Assembly: GCA_014905635.1 (NCBI GenBank)
Contig: JABVCE010000003.1
Span: 744,001 to 808,000 of the forward strand
Length of the DNA: 64,000 nt
Source of the DNA: Scenedesmus sp. PABB004
Taxonomy: Eukaryota
Reading direction: 5' to 3'
The notes beneath the pieces are model-generated. The model ran no database searches, was not told the DNA's origin, and saw only the letters and a list, made by a program, of their open reading frames with translations. Made by a program: the position numbers and the translations under genes. Numbering within the stretch: the first letter of the stretch is position 1; the number at the start of each line of letters is the position of its first letter. Shown piece after piece: positions 11,868-22,420 of this stretch.

Positions 11868-14286
11868 CGCAGGCACAGGCGCAGGCGCAGGCGCAGGCGC
11901 AGGCGCAGGCGCAGGCGCAGGCGCAGGCGCAGGCGCAGCAGCACCCCTCGGTGGCGACGCGCCACGAGCCGGCGGTGCCTGGGCTGGCGGAGCAGCCCGC
12001 CGCCAGCACCGCGGCGCCCCCGGCCCCCGCCGCGAACGGCCACCAGCCAGCGCCCAGCCGTGGCGGCGCAGCGGCCGCGGGCGGCGCGCCGCGTAGCGGC
12101 GTCGGCAGCGGTGGCGGCGGCGACAGCGGCGGCGGCGGTGCTAGCAGCGGGAGCGGAGGCGAAAGCGGCGGCGGCAGCGGCGGCGGCGCGGCCGCGCGGC
12201 CGCGGTCGCCCTTGCCGCCCGTGCCGGCCGGCGGCGCCGCGCGGCGCCGCCCCGTCGCGCCCGATGGGCCGTACAAGTTTTACGGCCCCGCCGTCTGCGC
12301 GGCGTGCGGCGACGCCGGCCACGCGGCCGACGCCTGCCGCACGCCGTACTGCGAGAGCTGCGAGGCCTACGGCCATGCCGAGGGCGACGCCTGCCTGTCG
12401 GCGTGCGCGGGCTGCGGTCGCCAGCACGGCAGCGCCACGGCGGTGACCGACGGCGCGCACTGCTCCGTGCCCCTCTGCCGCACCTGCTCGCTGCACGGGC
12501 ACAAGGCGGCGAACTGCCCGCATGAGCAGTGCCACGACTGCGGCAGGCGCGGGCACAGGGCCGCGGCGTGCAAGGCCTGCAAGACCTGCAAGGCCGAGGG
12601 GCACCTCGCCAAGGACTGCCCCGTGTGCGCCACGTGCAAGGAGCCGGGGCACGCCGCGGCCGAGTGCAAGGCCAAGCCGCTGTGCCCGCTGTGCCAGACG
12701 CGGCACGTGGTGGGCCTGCCCTGCCCGGACCCCACCACCACCCCCGCCACCAAGGGCAAGCGCGGCAAGGCCGGCAAGGCCGCCAAGCCGCGCCCCGCGG
12801 CGGCGGGGCCGGGCGCCGGCGTGGCGGCCGGCGCGGGCGGCTTTGACCCCTCGTCGGTGCGCCTGCTGGAGCCGCTCCCGCTGGACGGCGCCGCGGCCGC
12901 GCGGGCGCAGCTCACGAGCGAGCTGTTTGACCGCCTGCCGCCCGACTACGCCGCGGCGCTGCTGGACGAGCCCGCCAAGCTCGAGGTGCTCGTGCGCCTG
13001 CGCAAGCCCGACCTGCACGCCGCGCTCGCCACGCCCGAGCCCGGCGCCGCGCTGGACGGGGTGTTTGCCGCCTACCTGGCGCGCCGCGGCGCGGCGGGCG
13101 GCGGCGCGGCGCCGCGCGACGGCGCGCGCGCGCCGCCGCGGAGCTGCGTCGGGCCGCGCGACCTGCTGCGTGACGCCCAGGACGTGCTCGCCGCGCGCGT
13201 GCCACCGGGCAGCCTGCCGCCCGACTGGCGCGGCTACGAGAGCTGGCGCGCGCTCGAGGAGGCGCACCTCGCGCTGCTGCGCGGCCGCGGCCACGCAGCC
13301 GGCGCGGTCTTGACTGACTTTCGGCGGCTGCGCCTCGCGGCGCAGCGCGACACGGCGGCAGGGCCCGACGCCTGCGCCGCGCGCCGCCGCGAGCTGGACG
13401 CGGCGACGGCGGCGGCCGCGGCCGCAGCGGCCGCGGCGCGGGCGTCCGCGCTGGAGTCCGTGGTCGCGCCGCCGGCGGTGCCCGAGGCCAACCCCGACGG
13501 CTGGGGCGCGCCCGCCAGCGCGCGCCACCACGAGCTGGACGCCGCCGCAGCGGCGGCCGCGGCGCGGTCGTCCGCGCTCGAGGCGGTGGTCGAGCCGCCG
13601 GCGGTGCCCGAGGCCAACCCTGACGGCTGGGGCGCGCCCGCCGGACCCCGCGCCGGCGCGGCGCCGCCGCACGGCGGCGCGCGCGCGCTGCACCCCGATG
13701 CGGCGCCCTACTTTCCCCAGGCGCCGGCGCAGCACGCGCCGCCGCAGCACGCGCCGGCGGAGCACGCGCCGGCGCAGCAGCAGCCCGACGGCGAGGGGCC
13801 GCGCGTCGCGCCGCGCGACCTGGTGCCCGAGGCGGTCGCGGCGCTCGAGGCGTGCCTGCCGCCGGGCATGCTGCCGCCGGGCTGGCACCGCATGAAGTCG
13901 TGGCGCGAGGTGCAGTGCTCCGCCTGCTTCACCATGGGCGGCGCGGACAAGGACGCCGTGCTGCGCTACGCGGCGGCGTTCAGGGCTGCCATGACCGCCG
14001 CGCAGGCGCAGTCCGCGGCGGTTGCTGCGGGCCTGCACGCCCCGCCGGGGCCGCTGCCGCCGCCGGCGGCGCTGCCGCACGGCGCGGTGCACCTGCCGTA
14101 CGGCGGCGCGCCGCCGCACGCGCTGCACCGCCCTCCGACGGTCCCGCCGTCCGAGGCGTACCTCCGTCCAGCGGCCGGCGCGCCGGGCTTCGCGCAGCCG
14201 GCCCACGGCGCCGGCGCGCCGGCGGCAGCGGGGCGAGCGAGGACCCGGAGGAGCTGGACGACCTGCTGGCGACGCTGACAAAGTGA
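9227..14286 (+). CDS. Gene C: multi-module protein with two zinc-knuckle arrays, three helical domains, five Trp-rich domains, polyQ/QA and a PAM2-like motif (apparent 1-nt frameshift at ~14232)
   Basis: ATG 9227 (MSDPRARTYVFYGDDG); long ORF; knuckle arrays at ~9290-9665 and ~12293-12730; adding one G to the G-run at ~14230 yields the family C-terminus EDPEELDDLLATLTK* at 14286. Confidence 0.75.
10083..10335 (+). repeat. Coding (cagcaggcg)n repeat, QQA tract
   Basis: Direct 9-bp repeats. Confidence 0.9.
11822..11940 (+). repeat. (CAG)n followed by (CAGGCG)n microsatellite, polyQ then QA tract
   Basis: Visible microsatellite in gene C. Confidence 0.95.
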
Positions 14287-14812
14287 CGCGCGCCGAGGCG
14301 AGGGGCCGGTGTTGGGGGTGCTGCAGCGCGCCGTTGGGGGCGCGCGCCGACGCCGCGCCGCGCGCGCTGGGCCGGGCTGCTCGGGCGCGGGCGGCGGGAG
14401 GGCTCGCGGCCGCGGGCCGGTGGGCAGGCAGAGGGAGAGTTGAGTGCAACAACAAGAGCCGCAGTCTCACGGGCCGGCTCGCGCGTGGGCAGCGCCGCGC
14501 GGCGCGGCGGACGGCGGGCGGCGATCATTCCTGGCGCCGCTGGAGGGCGCGGCGCGGTGCGGGGGCGCCGTTGCGCGGTCTGCGGCGCCCGGGGGCGGGC
14601 GCTGGCGCGCTTGCGGGGCCCTGCCGGCCGAAAGCCCCGGGCTCAAGGTCGTGCCCTCTCGCCCGCGGCGTGGCGGCCTGCCGCTCTTGCCCAGCGCCCA
14701 CACCCGAGCGCCAGGCGGCGCCCCGAGCCGGCGCAGCGAGCAGCGGCGCGGCGCGAGCAGCAGAGCGCGGGCGGCGCCCTGGATGCTGCCGAACGGGCGC
14801 TAGCATGTGAGC

Positions 14813-16067
14813 ATGGCGTGGATTCGGGACGGCGCATGGCGCAGCGGGCGGCGGGCGCGGCGCCGCGCGGGCGCGCCCGCCAGCGCCCGCCCGCGCCGGG
14901 CGCTCGCCGAGCGCCCCCGGGCGCGCGGGCGGGCGGGCCCGGGCGCATGCGGGCCCGGGACGGCGCTCCGTCGTGCGCGGGCGCCTGATCGCGGCGCGGG
15001 GCGCGCGGGGGGGAGCAGATGCTGAGGCCCGCCCCTGCCCGCCGCCCGGGGGGCGCAGGTACTCGTTCAAGGTCCTCCTGGACGATGGCCTGGTCAACAG
15101 CACGACCGCCCCGCCGCCCAGCAAGGGCAGCGGCGCCGGCAGCGCCGGCGGCGGCGGCAAGGGCGGCAGCGGCAGCGGCGGCAAGGGCGGGAGCGGCGCC
15201 GCCGGCGCCGGCGCGGCCAACGGCAAGGCCGGCGTGAGCAGCGGCAGCGGCAGCGGCAGCGGCGCCTCCAAGCCGGCGCCGGCGCCGACGCCGGCCGGCG
15301 CGGCGCCGGGGCGCGGCGCCGACGGCAAGCCGGTCTGCTACCACTGCGGCGCCAAGGGCCACACCGGCGACCGCTGCCGCGTGCCCTTCTGCGACCGCTG
15401 CCAGCAGTTCCGGCACGTCGCGGGCGAGTGCAACCGCGCATGCCGCAAGTGCGGCGCGCTCGACCACCGCATCGACGGCGGGCTGCCGTGCAAGAACTAC
15501 CAGTGCAAGGAGTGCGGGCTCTTCGGCCACATCTACGCCGAGTGCCCCAACATCATCTGCAACACCTGCAACGAGTACGGCCACCTCGCGCGCGACTGCC
15601 CGCAGCGCGGCAAGCCCGCGGCGGCGATCGCGGCGGCGCGCGAGGCGGCGGCGGCCGCCAACGCCGCCGCGGCGGGCGGCGAGCGCGGCGAGCGCGGCGC
15701 CGGCGAGCGCGGCGGAGGCGGCGGCGGCGGCGGCGCGGCGGCGCCCGCGCCGGCGCCGTCGGCCGCGCCGCCGCCGCCGGCCGCGCCGGCGCCCGCGCCC
15801 GCGCCGCGCCAGGCCGCGGCGCCGCCGTCGGCGGGCGGCGCCAAGGCGCTGAGCGCGGGCGAGGCCGCGGAGCGCAAGGCGCGCGTGATGGACATGCTCA
15901 TGGCGCGGCTGGAGAGCTACGCGGTGGGGCTGCTGGGGCAGGAGGAGAAGCTCAACCTCATCTGCCGCATCCCCGAGGACGAGCTGCGCGGCCTGCTCGG
16001 CCGCACCAACCCGCAGCAGGCGCTGGAGGTCGCGGCCGCCAAGCTGCAGCTGCAGCAGCAGGCGCAG

Positions 16068-16115
<48 letters not shown>

Positions 16116-16175
16116 ATGGTGGCGCCGGGCGTGAGCGGCCCGCGCACTGCCAACGGCCCCGCGCCTGCAGCGGCA

Positions 16176-16227
<52 letters not shown>

Positions 16228-17192
16228 TGATGAGCCGCTCGCAGGTGTGCGGGCGCTGCGGCGAGCGCGGGCACGCGCGGGAGCGCTGCACCACGCCCAA
16301 GTGCAGCGACTGCGGGCTGTTCCGGCACAGCAGCGGGCAGTGCCACCGCGGCTGCGCCGACTGCGGCGGGCTCGACCACAAGTGCGGCCCGGGGCACCCC
16401 ATGTGCGTCAACTACAAGTGCCGCGAGTGCGGGCTGTACGGCCACGTCTACGCCGAGTGCCCCAACATCCGCTGCAACCTCTGCGGCGAGGTGGGGCACA
16501 AGGCGCTCGACTGCCCCAGCATCGTGTGCAACATCTGCCGCCAGAAGGGCCACAAGGCGCGCGACTGCACCGCGTGCAGCCGCTGCGGGCAGCAGGGCCA
16601 CAAGGCCAAGGACTGCGCCGGCGGCCGCGCGGAGGTGCGCTGCGTGCACTGCGGCGAGTGGGGCCACATGGCGAGCCGCTGCCCCGGGCCCGCGGGCGGC
16701 GCCGGCGCGGCCGCCGGCGGCGCGGCCGCCGGCGCGGCAGCAGGCGCTGCCGGCGGCGCGCTCGCGCCCGCCGCCGCGGCCGGCGGCGGCGCGGCGGCGG
16801 CGGCGCGCGGCGCGCCCGCCGCGGCGGCGCCCGCGGGCACGCCACCGGCCGCGGCGGCCGCGCCGCGCGCGCTGGTCGCGCCGGGCGGCGCGGGCGCGTG
16901 GGCGGCGGCAGCGGCGTCGCGGCTGGTGAAGCCGACGACGGTGCGGCTGCTGCCGCCGGACGCGCCGGCGCTGGCCGACCCGGAGGCGCGGCGGCAGTGG
17001 GTGCTGCAGCTCGTGGCGCCGCGCGCCCAGGCGTACGCGGCGTCGCTGGCCGGCCAGGAGGCCGCGCTGTCGGCGCTCGCGCGCGTGCAGGACGACGACC
17101 TGCGCGCGCTCGTCGACACGACGACGCCGGAGCAGCACCTGGACGCCGCGGCGAAGCACGTCGCGGCCGTGCTGAGCGGCGCGGCGGCGGCG

Positions 17193-17223
<31 letters not shown>

Positions 17224-18818
17224 GCTCGCCCGCGCGCCCGCAGCAGCCGCCGTCGGCCTGGGTCAAGCCGCCGCAGCTGCAGCACGCCGCGTCGGCGCCG
17301 CCGGGGCCCGACTCGGAGCACGAGCTCAGCCCGGGCGGCGGCTACGGCCGCGGCGGCGGCAACGGCGACACGGTCAAGCCGGGCGAGCTGCTGCCGCAGT
17401 ACGCGGCCGCGCTGCAGGCCGAGTTCCCCAACTACTTCCCCAGCGACTGGCAGACCTTTGCGTCGTGGCGGTCGCTCGAGGACAAGATGACCTTCCCGGA
17501 GCCGCAGAACCGCAGCCGCGCGCAGTACCGCCAGCGCCGGCAGCACTTCCAGGGCCTCACCGCGGCCGCGCTCGCGGGGCCGCCGCCGCCGGCGCGCGGC
17601 GGCGCGGGCCGCACGGCGTCGGGCCCGGCGCCCGCGCCCGCGCCCGCGGCGGCGCCGCCGCCGGCGCCGCCCGCGCCCGCGCCCGCGCCGTCGGCCGCGA
17701 CGGTCGCGGCGCTGCTGGGCACGGTGCGGCTGCTGCCCGCCAACGCGCTCGCGGTGGAGGAGCAGCGCGACCGCTTTGAGCGCGTGCTGGACATCATGCT
17801 GCCCACGTTCCAGGGCTTTGTCACGAGCCTGGACGAGGAGAAGTGGCACGTGCTCACGCGCCTCGACGAGGCAGACCTCACGCGCCTGCTCGCGCAGCCC
17901 GCGCCCGAGGCGACGCTCGACGCGCTGCTCAGCCAGGTGCTGCTGCGCGAGGCGGCGGCCGCGGCGGCCGCGGCCGCGGCGGCGCCGCCGCCGGCGCCGG
18001 CGCCGGCCGCGCCGCCCGCGGCGTCGCCGGTCATCGCGCCGCCCTCGGCAGCGGCGGCGCAGCAGGCGCCGCAGCAGGCGGCCATCGCGCCGCCGGCGGC
18101 GGCGCAGGCGCAGCTGCCGGCGGCGGTCGCGCAGCCTGCCGTGACGCCGCCGCAGCAGGCGGCGGTCGCGCCGCCGTCGGCGGCGCCGCAGGCGCCCGTG
18201 CAGCTCGCGCCCGCGGCGCAGCTCGCGCCCGCCGCGCCCGCACGGCAGCAGCAGCCGCCGCCGTACCCGGGGCACCACGCGCTCTCGGCGGCGCCGGGCG
18301 CGCAGCTGCACGCGCAGTTCCCGGCCGCGCCGTCGTTCGGCGCGCCCAGCTACCTGCCCGCGACGCCCGCCGGCGCGGCGGGGCTGGGCATCGACGGCAT
18401 GGGCATCGGCATGACGGTCGGGCTCGGCCTGGCGGGGCTGGGCCCCAGCGCGGGCGGCGTCGGCGGCGTCGGCGGCCCGGGCGGCGGCCACCAGCTCGGC
18501 GGCGGCGGCGGCCACCAGCTCGGCGGCGGCGTGAGCCTGCAGCAGCTGCAGCAGCTGCAGCAGCTGCAGGCGCTGCAGCGCAGCCAGGCCCTCGGCGGCA
18601 TGCAGCAGGGCCTGGGCGTGATGCAGCAGCACGCGCTGCTCGGCGGCCTGGGGCAGCACCACGGCGGCGGCGCCGCGCCGGGCGGCCCGGGCGCGCCCGG
18701 CGCGAGCGGGCTGGCGGGCGCGTACGGCGGCGCCGCCGCGTACGGCCGCCGCTCGTCCACCGGCGACGAGGCGCGCGAGCAGGACCTTGAGCGCATGATC
18801 GGGTTCCTGGGCATGTGA
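14813..18818 (+). CDS. Gene D: two zinc-knuckle arrays, three helical domains, one Trp-rich domain, Gly/Gln-rich tail
   Basis: Main exon from acceptor ..cgcag 15058 to TGA 18818; knuckle arrays at ~15335-15600 and ~16247-16690; ends EQDLERMIGFLGM. First exon (ATG 14813, MAWIRDGAWRS) is tentative. Confidence 0.78.
16067..16226 (+). repeat. Two (GGC)n tracts, polyGly
   Basis: GGC runs at ~16067-16114 and ~16177-16226. Confidence 0.9.
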
Positions 18819-20103
18819 GCCCACCCGACCGGCCGACGGCGCGGCGCAGCGCGCGCAGCAGGAGCTGCGCGCGCGCGCGCGCGCGGCCAGGCGGGCGCGG
18901 GCGCGCGCGCGCGGCCGCCGCAGGAGCGGCGGCCGGCGCGGCGGCGCGGGCGGCGCCCCGGCGGCAGCAGACGGCTGGCCGGCCGGGCGCGCGCGGCGGC
19001 GCGCAGGCGCGCAGGAGCGCGGCTGCGCTGCCGCCGCGCCGGGCGGCAGCGATCATGCACAGGGCGGGCCGGCGGGGTGGGGTGGGGCCGCCGCAGCCGG
19101 GAGACGGCGCGCGTCGGCGGGGCGGGGTGAAAGGGCGGGCGTGGGGCTGAGGCGCGCGCGGTCGCATCGCGGCGCGGGGCCGCCGCCCGGGCGCGGCAGG
19201 AGCCGCCCCGGGGGCGCGCCGGCCGGCGCGGGCTGCGCGCAGCGGCGGCACGAGTTGCCTGCGTTGCCGCCCGCTGTTGCGTGTGGGCGGCGCTGCAGCT
19301 GCAGCCTGCCCGAGTAACGGCGAGCGAGCATCGTCCGCGAGGTGTTGCAAGGCTCGTCCGTGGGCAGCGCGCCGCGCCAACGCGAATGCAAGCCAACTCG
19401 TGGCCAGCGCCGCAACCCAGACGCAGTGCAGTGCCGCCGCCGCGCCGAGCGCCGCGCATCAACGCGCCGCGCCACTCGCTGCCAGCCTGCCCCCACGCGC
19501 GTGAGCGCCGCCCACGCACGCATGCGACCGCACGCAGCGCGAGCAGCACCGCCAGCCGGCTTGCCTGAATGGCCTCCATTCGTTCGTTCGCGGACAGGCG
19601 CGGGCGCCCGCCCGCCTGCCCCGGCGCGCGGCGCGGCGGGCGCAGCGCGCGGTGGCGCGCCGCGCGGGCCTGCCTGTACAACCTGGGTCGGCGGCAGCAG
19701 CCGCCCGACATCATTGCGAGTGCGTCAAGCGCAGGCAGTCATGCGATCCAAGGGTGGGCGCGCGCGCGGTCAACGCCGGGGCGCGCCGCACGCGCCGTCG
19801 CCCGAGGCCGGCCTCGGCCGGCCGGGCGGGCGAGACAGGGGCACGGCGCGCGCAGCAGCCACACGTGCGCCCGCCTGCGCCAGCCGTCGCTGCTGCCGCT
19901 GCAGCGCGCGGGCCCGGCCAGCCTGGGCCGCCGCCGCCCGGGCGCGCGCCGCGCCGGGGGCGGGCCGCGCCCTCCCGCCCTCCTCGGGCACCGTGCGCTC
20001 CCGTCCACGCGCGCGCGCGCGCGCGCCGGCGGGGGGCCGGCGCGTCGGCGGCGCGCGCGGGGCCGCGCCCCCGCCGCCAGCGCCGGCTGCTGCTGCCTGG
20101 GAC

Positions 20104-20574
20104 CTAGGCGTTGATGCCGAAGAAGCGGACCTTGTGCAGCGCGGGCATCTTGGCGATTAGCAGCAGCAGCACGACCGCGAGGTTGAGCCCGAGCGGCTGC
20201 TTGCGGAAGTCGGCGCCGTGCGTGGCGAGCACGAAGAGCGCGATCGGCACGACGGTGAAGAACTTGCGGTTGGAGGTGCCGTAGAGCTGGCAGTCCATCT
20301 GCTCCCACACGGTCAGGCCGTTGTACATGCCCTGCTCGGTCGGGTCGCCGGGGCTCATGGAGCCCTTGGTCCAGTGGAGCAGGTAGTACGTCGCCGCGCC
20401 GTGGATGAGGTGCACGTACGTCCACGACAGCCCGGGGTCGTTCGTGAGCGCCGACACGCCGAGCCAGACCGCGACGACGAGCGAGAGGTACCACGCCCAC
20501 ACGCCGGGGCTGTTGATCCAGTTGACGCTCTTGTTGATGTCCACCTCCGAGGGGCCGCGCCGGTGGTGCGGCAT
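20104..20574 (-). CDS. ORM1: ORMDL/ORM1 family sphingolipid-synthesis regulator (single exon)
   Basis: N..VNW...G.W, TYYLLHWTKG, Y.GLTVWEQMD..LYGTSNRKFFTVVPI, LIAKMPALHKVRFFGIN are typical ORMDL motifs. Confidence 0.95.
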   Translation of the reverse strand: MPHHRRGPSEVDINKSVNWINSPGVWAWYLSLVVAVWLGVSALTNDPGLSWTYVHLIHGAATYYLLHWTKGSMSPGDPTEQGMYNGLTVWEQMDCQLYGTSNRKFFTVVPIALFVLATHGADFRKQPLGLNLAVVLLLLIAKMPALHKVRFFGINA

Positions 20575-21302
20575 CGCGGCCCCGCGCACCGCCGCGCCGC
20601 CCCGGCGGCGGCGCGGCGTGGCAGCAGCGGCGGCGCGCGCCGCGCGCGGCGGGCGCGCTCGCGGCGCGGCCGGGCGTCGGCGGCGCCGGCCCGGCCCGCG
20701 GGACGCCGGGTGGTGCGAGGGCCCGCCGGGTCACGCCGGGAGGGCCCGCGGCGGGGGCGGGGGCGTCTGCTGTGCAGCCAACGCGCGGCCTGTGCGGGCT
20801 GGGCGCGGGCTGGGCGGGGGCTGGCGCTCGGAGCGTCGGGGGGAGTGCCGGGCGAGGCAGGGCTGCCGAGCTGAGGTGTTGCCGCCTGCGGGGAGCCGGG
20901 CGGGCGAGGTAGTGATGCGCTGGCGCGCTTTAGCGGGCGGGGCCTCAAAGCCTGGGCCACCCGGGGCCTCCGCGCACGCCCACGAACGCCCGGCATCACG
21001 CCCCCGCAGCCCCTGGCCGTGCCGCCACCGCCTGCTCGGGCGTGAACGCCGGCAGCAGGCCCCACCGCCCCTCCACCCCGCCCTGGTGGCGCCCCGGGCG
21101 CCGCCCAGGGCCGGCGACCAGCTCCGAGCGGCTGGGCGGGCGGCGGCGCCGGCAGCAGCGGCGGCGCGCGCCGCGCGCGCCCGCAGCCAGCGGCAGCCAG
21201 CGCGCCCGCGGGCCAGCGGCAGCCAGCGCGCCCGCGGGCCAGCGGCAGCCAGCCAGCGCGGCACTGCTGCTGGGCGCGGTGCCGGCAGGCAGCCAGCTGC
21301 CC

Positions 21303-22242
21303 ATGGCGGCGGCGCCGCCGGCGGCGGGGCCGCACGCGGCGCAGCTGCGCAGGGTGCGCGCCGCGCCGCGGGCGCGCGGCCAGCGGGGCGCCAGCGACGG
21401 CAGCTCCGGGCGCGCGCCCGACGCCGCGCCGCGCTGCCCCCGCACCGCCCCTGCTGCAGTGGTTTGACGCCATCGACAAGGACGGCAGCGGCGAGCTGAG
21501 CGCGGTGGAGCTGCAGGCGGCGCTGCAGCTCGGCGCGCTCAACTTCAGCCTCGCCACGGTCGCCCACATCATCAGAATCCACGACAAGACCGGCAGCGGC
21601 TCAATTACGTTTGACGAGTTTGGCAAGCTGCACGAGTTCCTGACCAACGTGCAGCAAAGCTTTGAGTACTTTGACAAGGACCGCAGCAACTCGCTCAACT
21701 TCGACGAGATCTCCTGCGCCCTCGCGCACGCAGGCGCGCGCCGCGCCGCCGCCGCGCCGCCGCCGCGCCGCCGCCGCGCCGCCGCCGCGCCGCCGCCGCG
21801 CCGCCGCGCCGCGCCGCACCGCGCCGCGCCGCTGCCCGCACGGCCGCGCCCCGCTCACGCCGCCGCCCCGGCGCCGCCCCTGCGCGGCGCCCCGCCCAGG
21901 CTACAAGCTGGACGAGCCGGCGCTGCGCGTGGTGTTCAGCCGCTTTGACCCGTCGCGCAGCGGCGCGCTGCAGCTGACCGAGTTCCTCGCGCTCACGCTC
22001 TTCATGCGCAGCGCGACGGCGGCGTTCAACGCGTTTGACGCCAACCGCGTCGGCACCATCAAGTGCGCCGCACGCGGCGCACGCGGCGCATGCGCACGGC
22101 TGGCGCGCCGCGCGGGAGGGCAGGGCCGGCGCCCGCCGGGCCCGCCCGCGCGCGCCGCCCCACGCACCGACGACCCCACGCCGCCCCGCCCCGCAGCCTC
22201 AACTTCAACCAATTCCTGTACTGCTCCGCCCACTGCATCTGA
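21303..22242 (+). CDS. Penta-EF-hand calcium-binding protein (ALG-2/sorcin/CML48-50-like), 4 exons
   Basis: WFDAIDKDGSGELSAVELQAAL, DKTGSGSITFDEF, DKDRSNSLNFDE, DPSRSGALQLTEF, DANRVGTI; exons ~21303-21353, 21460-21733, 21900-22063, 22197-22242. Confidence 0.88.
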
Positions 22243-22415
22243 CATCCCTGACACGGCAGCACCGCGCAGCAGGCAGCACTCGCACGACGCCCTCACGCAC
22301 TGCACTCGCGCGGCCGCGCGCCTGCGCCGCCGGCAACGCATGCACGCCGGGGCGCGGCGTGGTGGGGACGGTCCCTGTCGTTGTTTGAGCACATCCACCT
22401 AGTGGCGCCAGCGCC

Positions 22416-22420
22416 TGTAA
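22416..22420 (+). promoter_or_regulatory. TGTAA polyadenylation signal of the EF-hand gene
   Basis: Chlorophyte UGUAA signal ~175 nt after the stop codon. Confidence 0.55.

Noticed and set aside
1..18818. Retrotransposon Gag origin for the zinc-knuckle genes
   Set aside because: No protease, reverse transcriptase, RNase H, integrase, LTRs or target-site duplications are visible; the knuckles are in long arrays within multi-domain proteins
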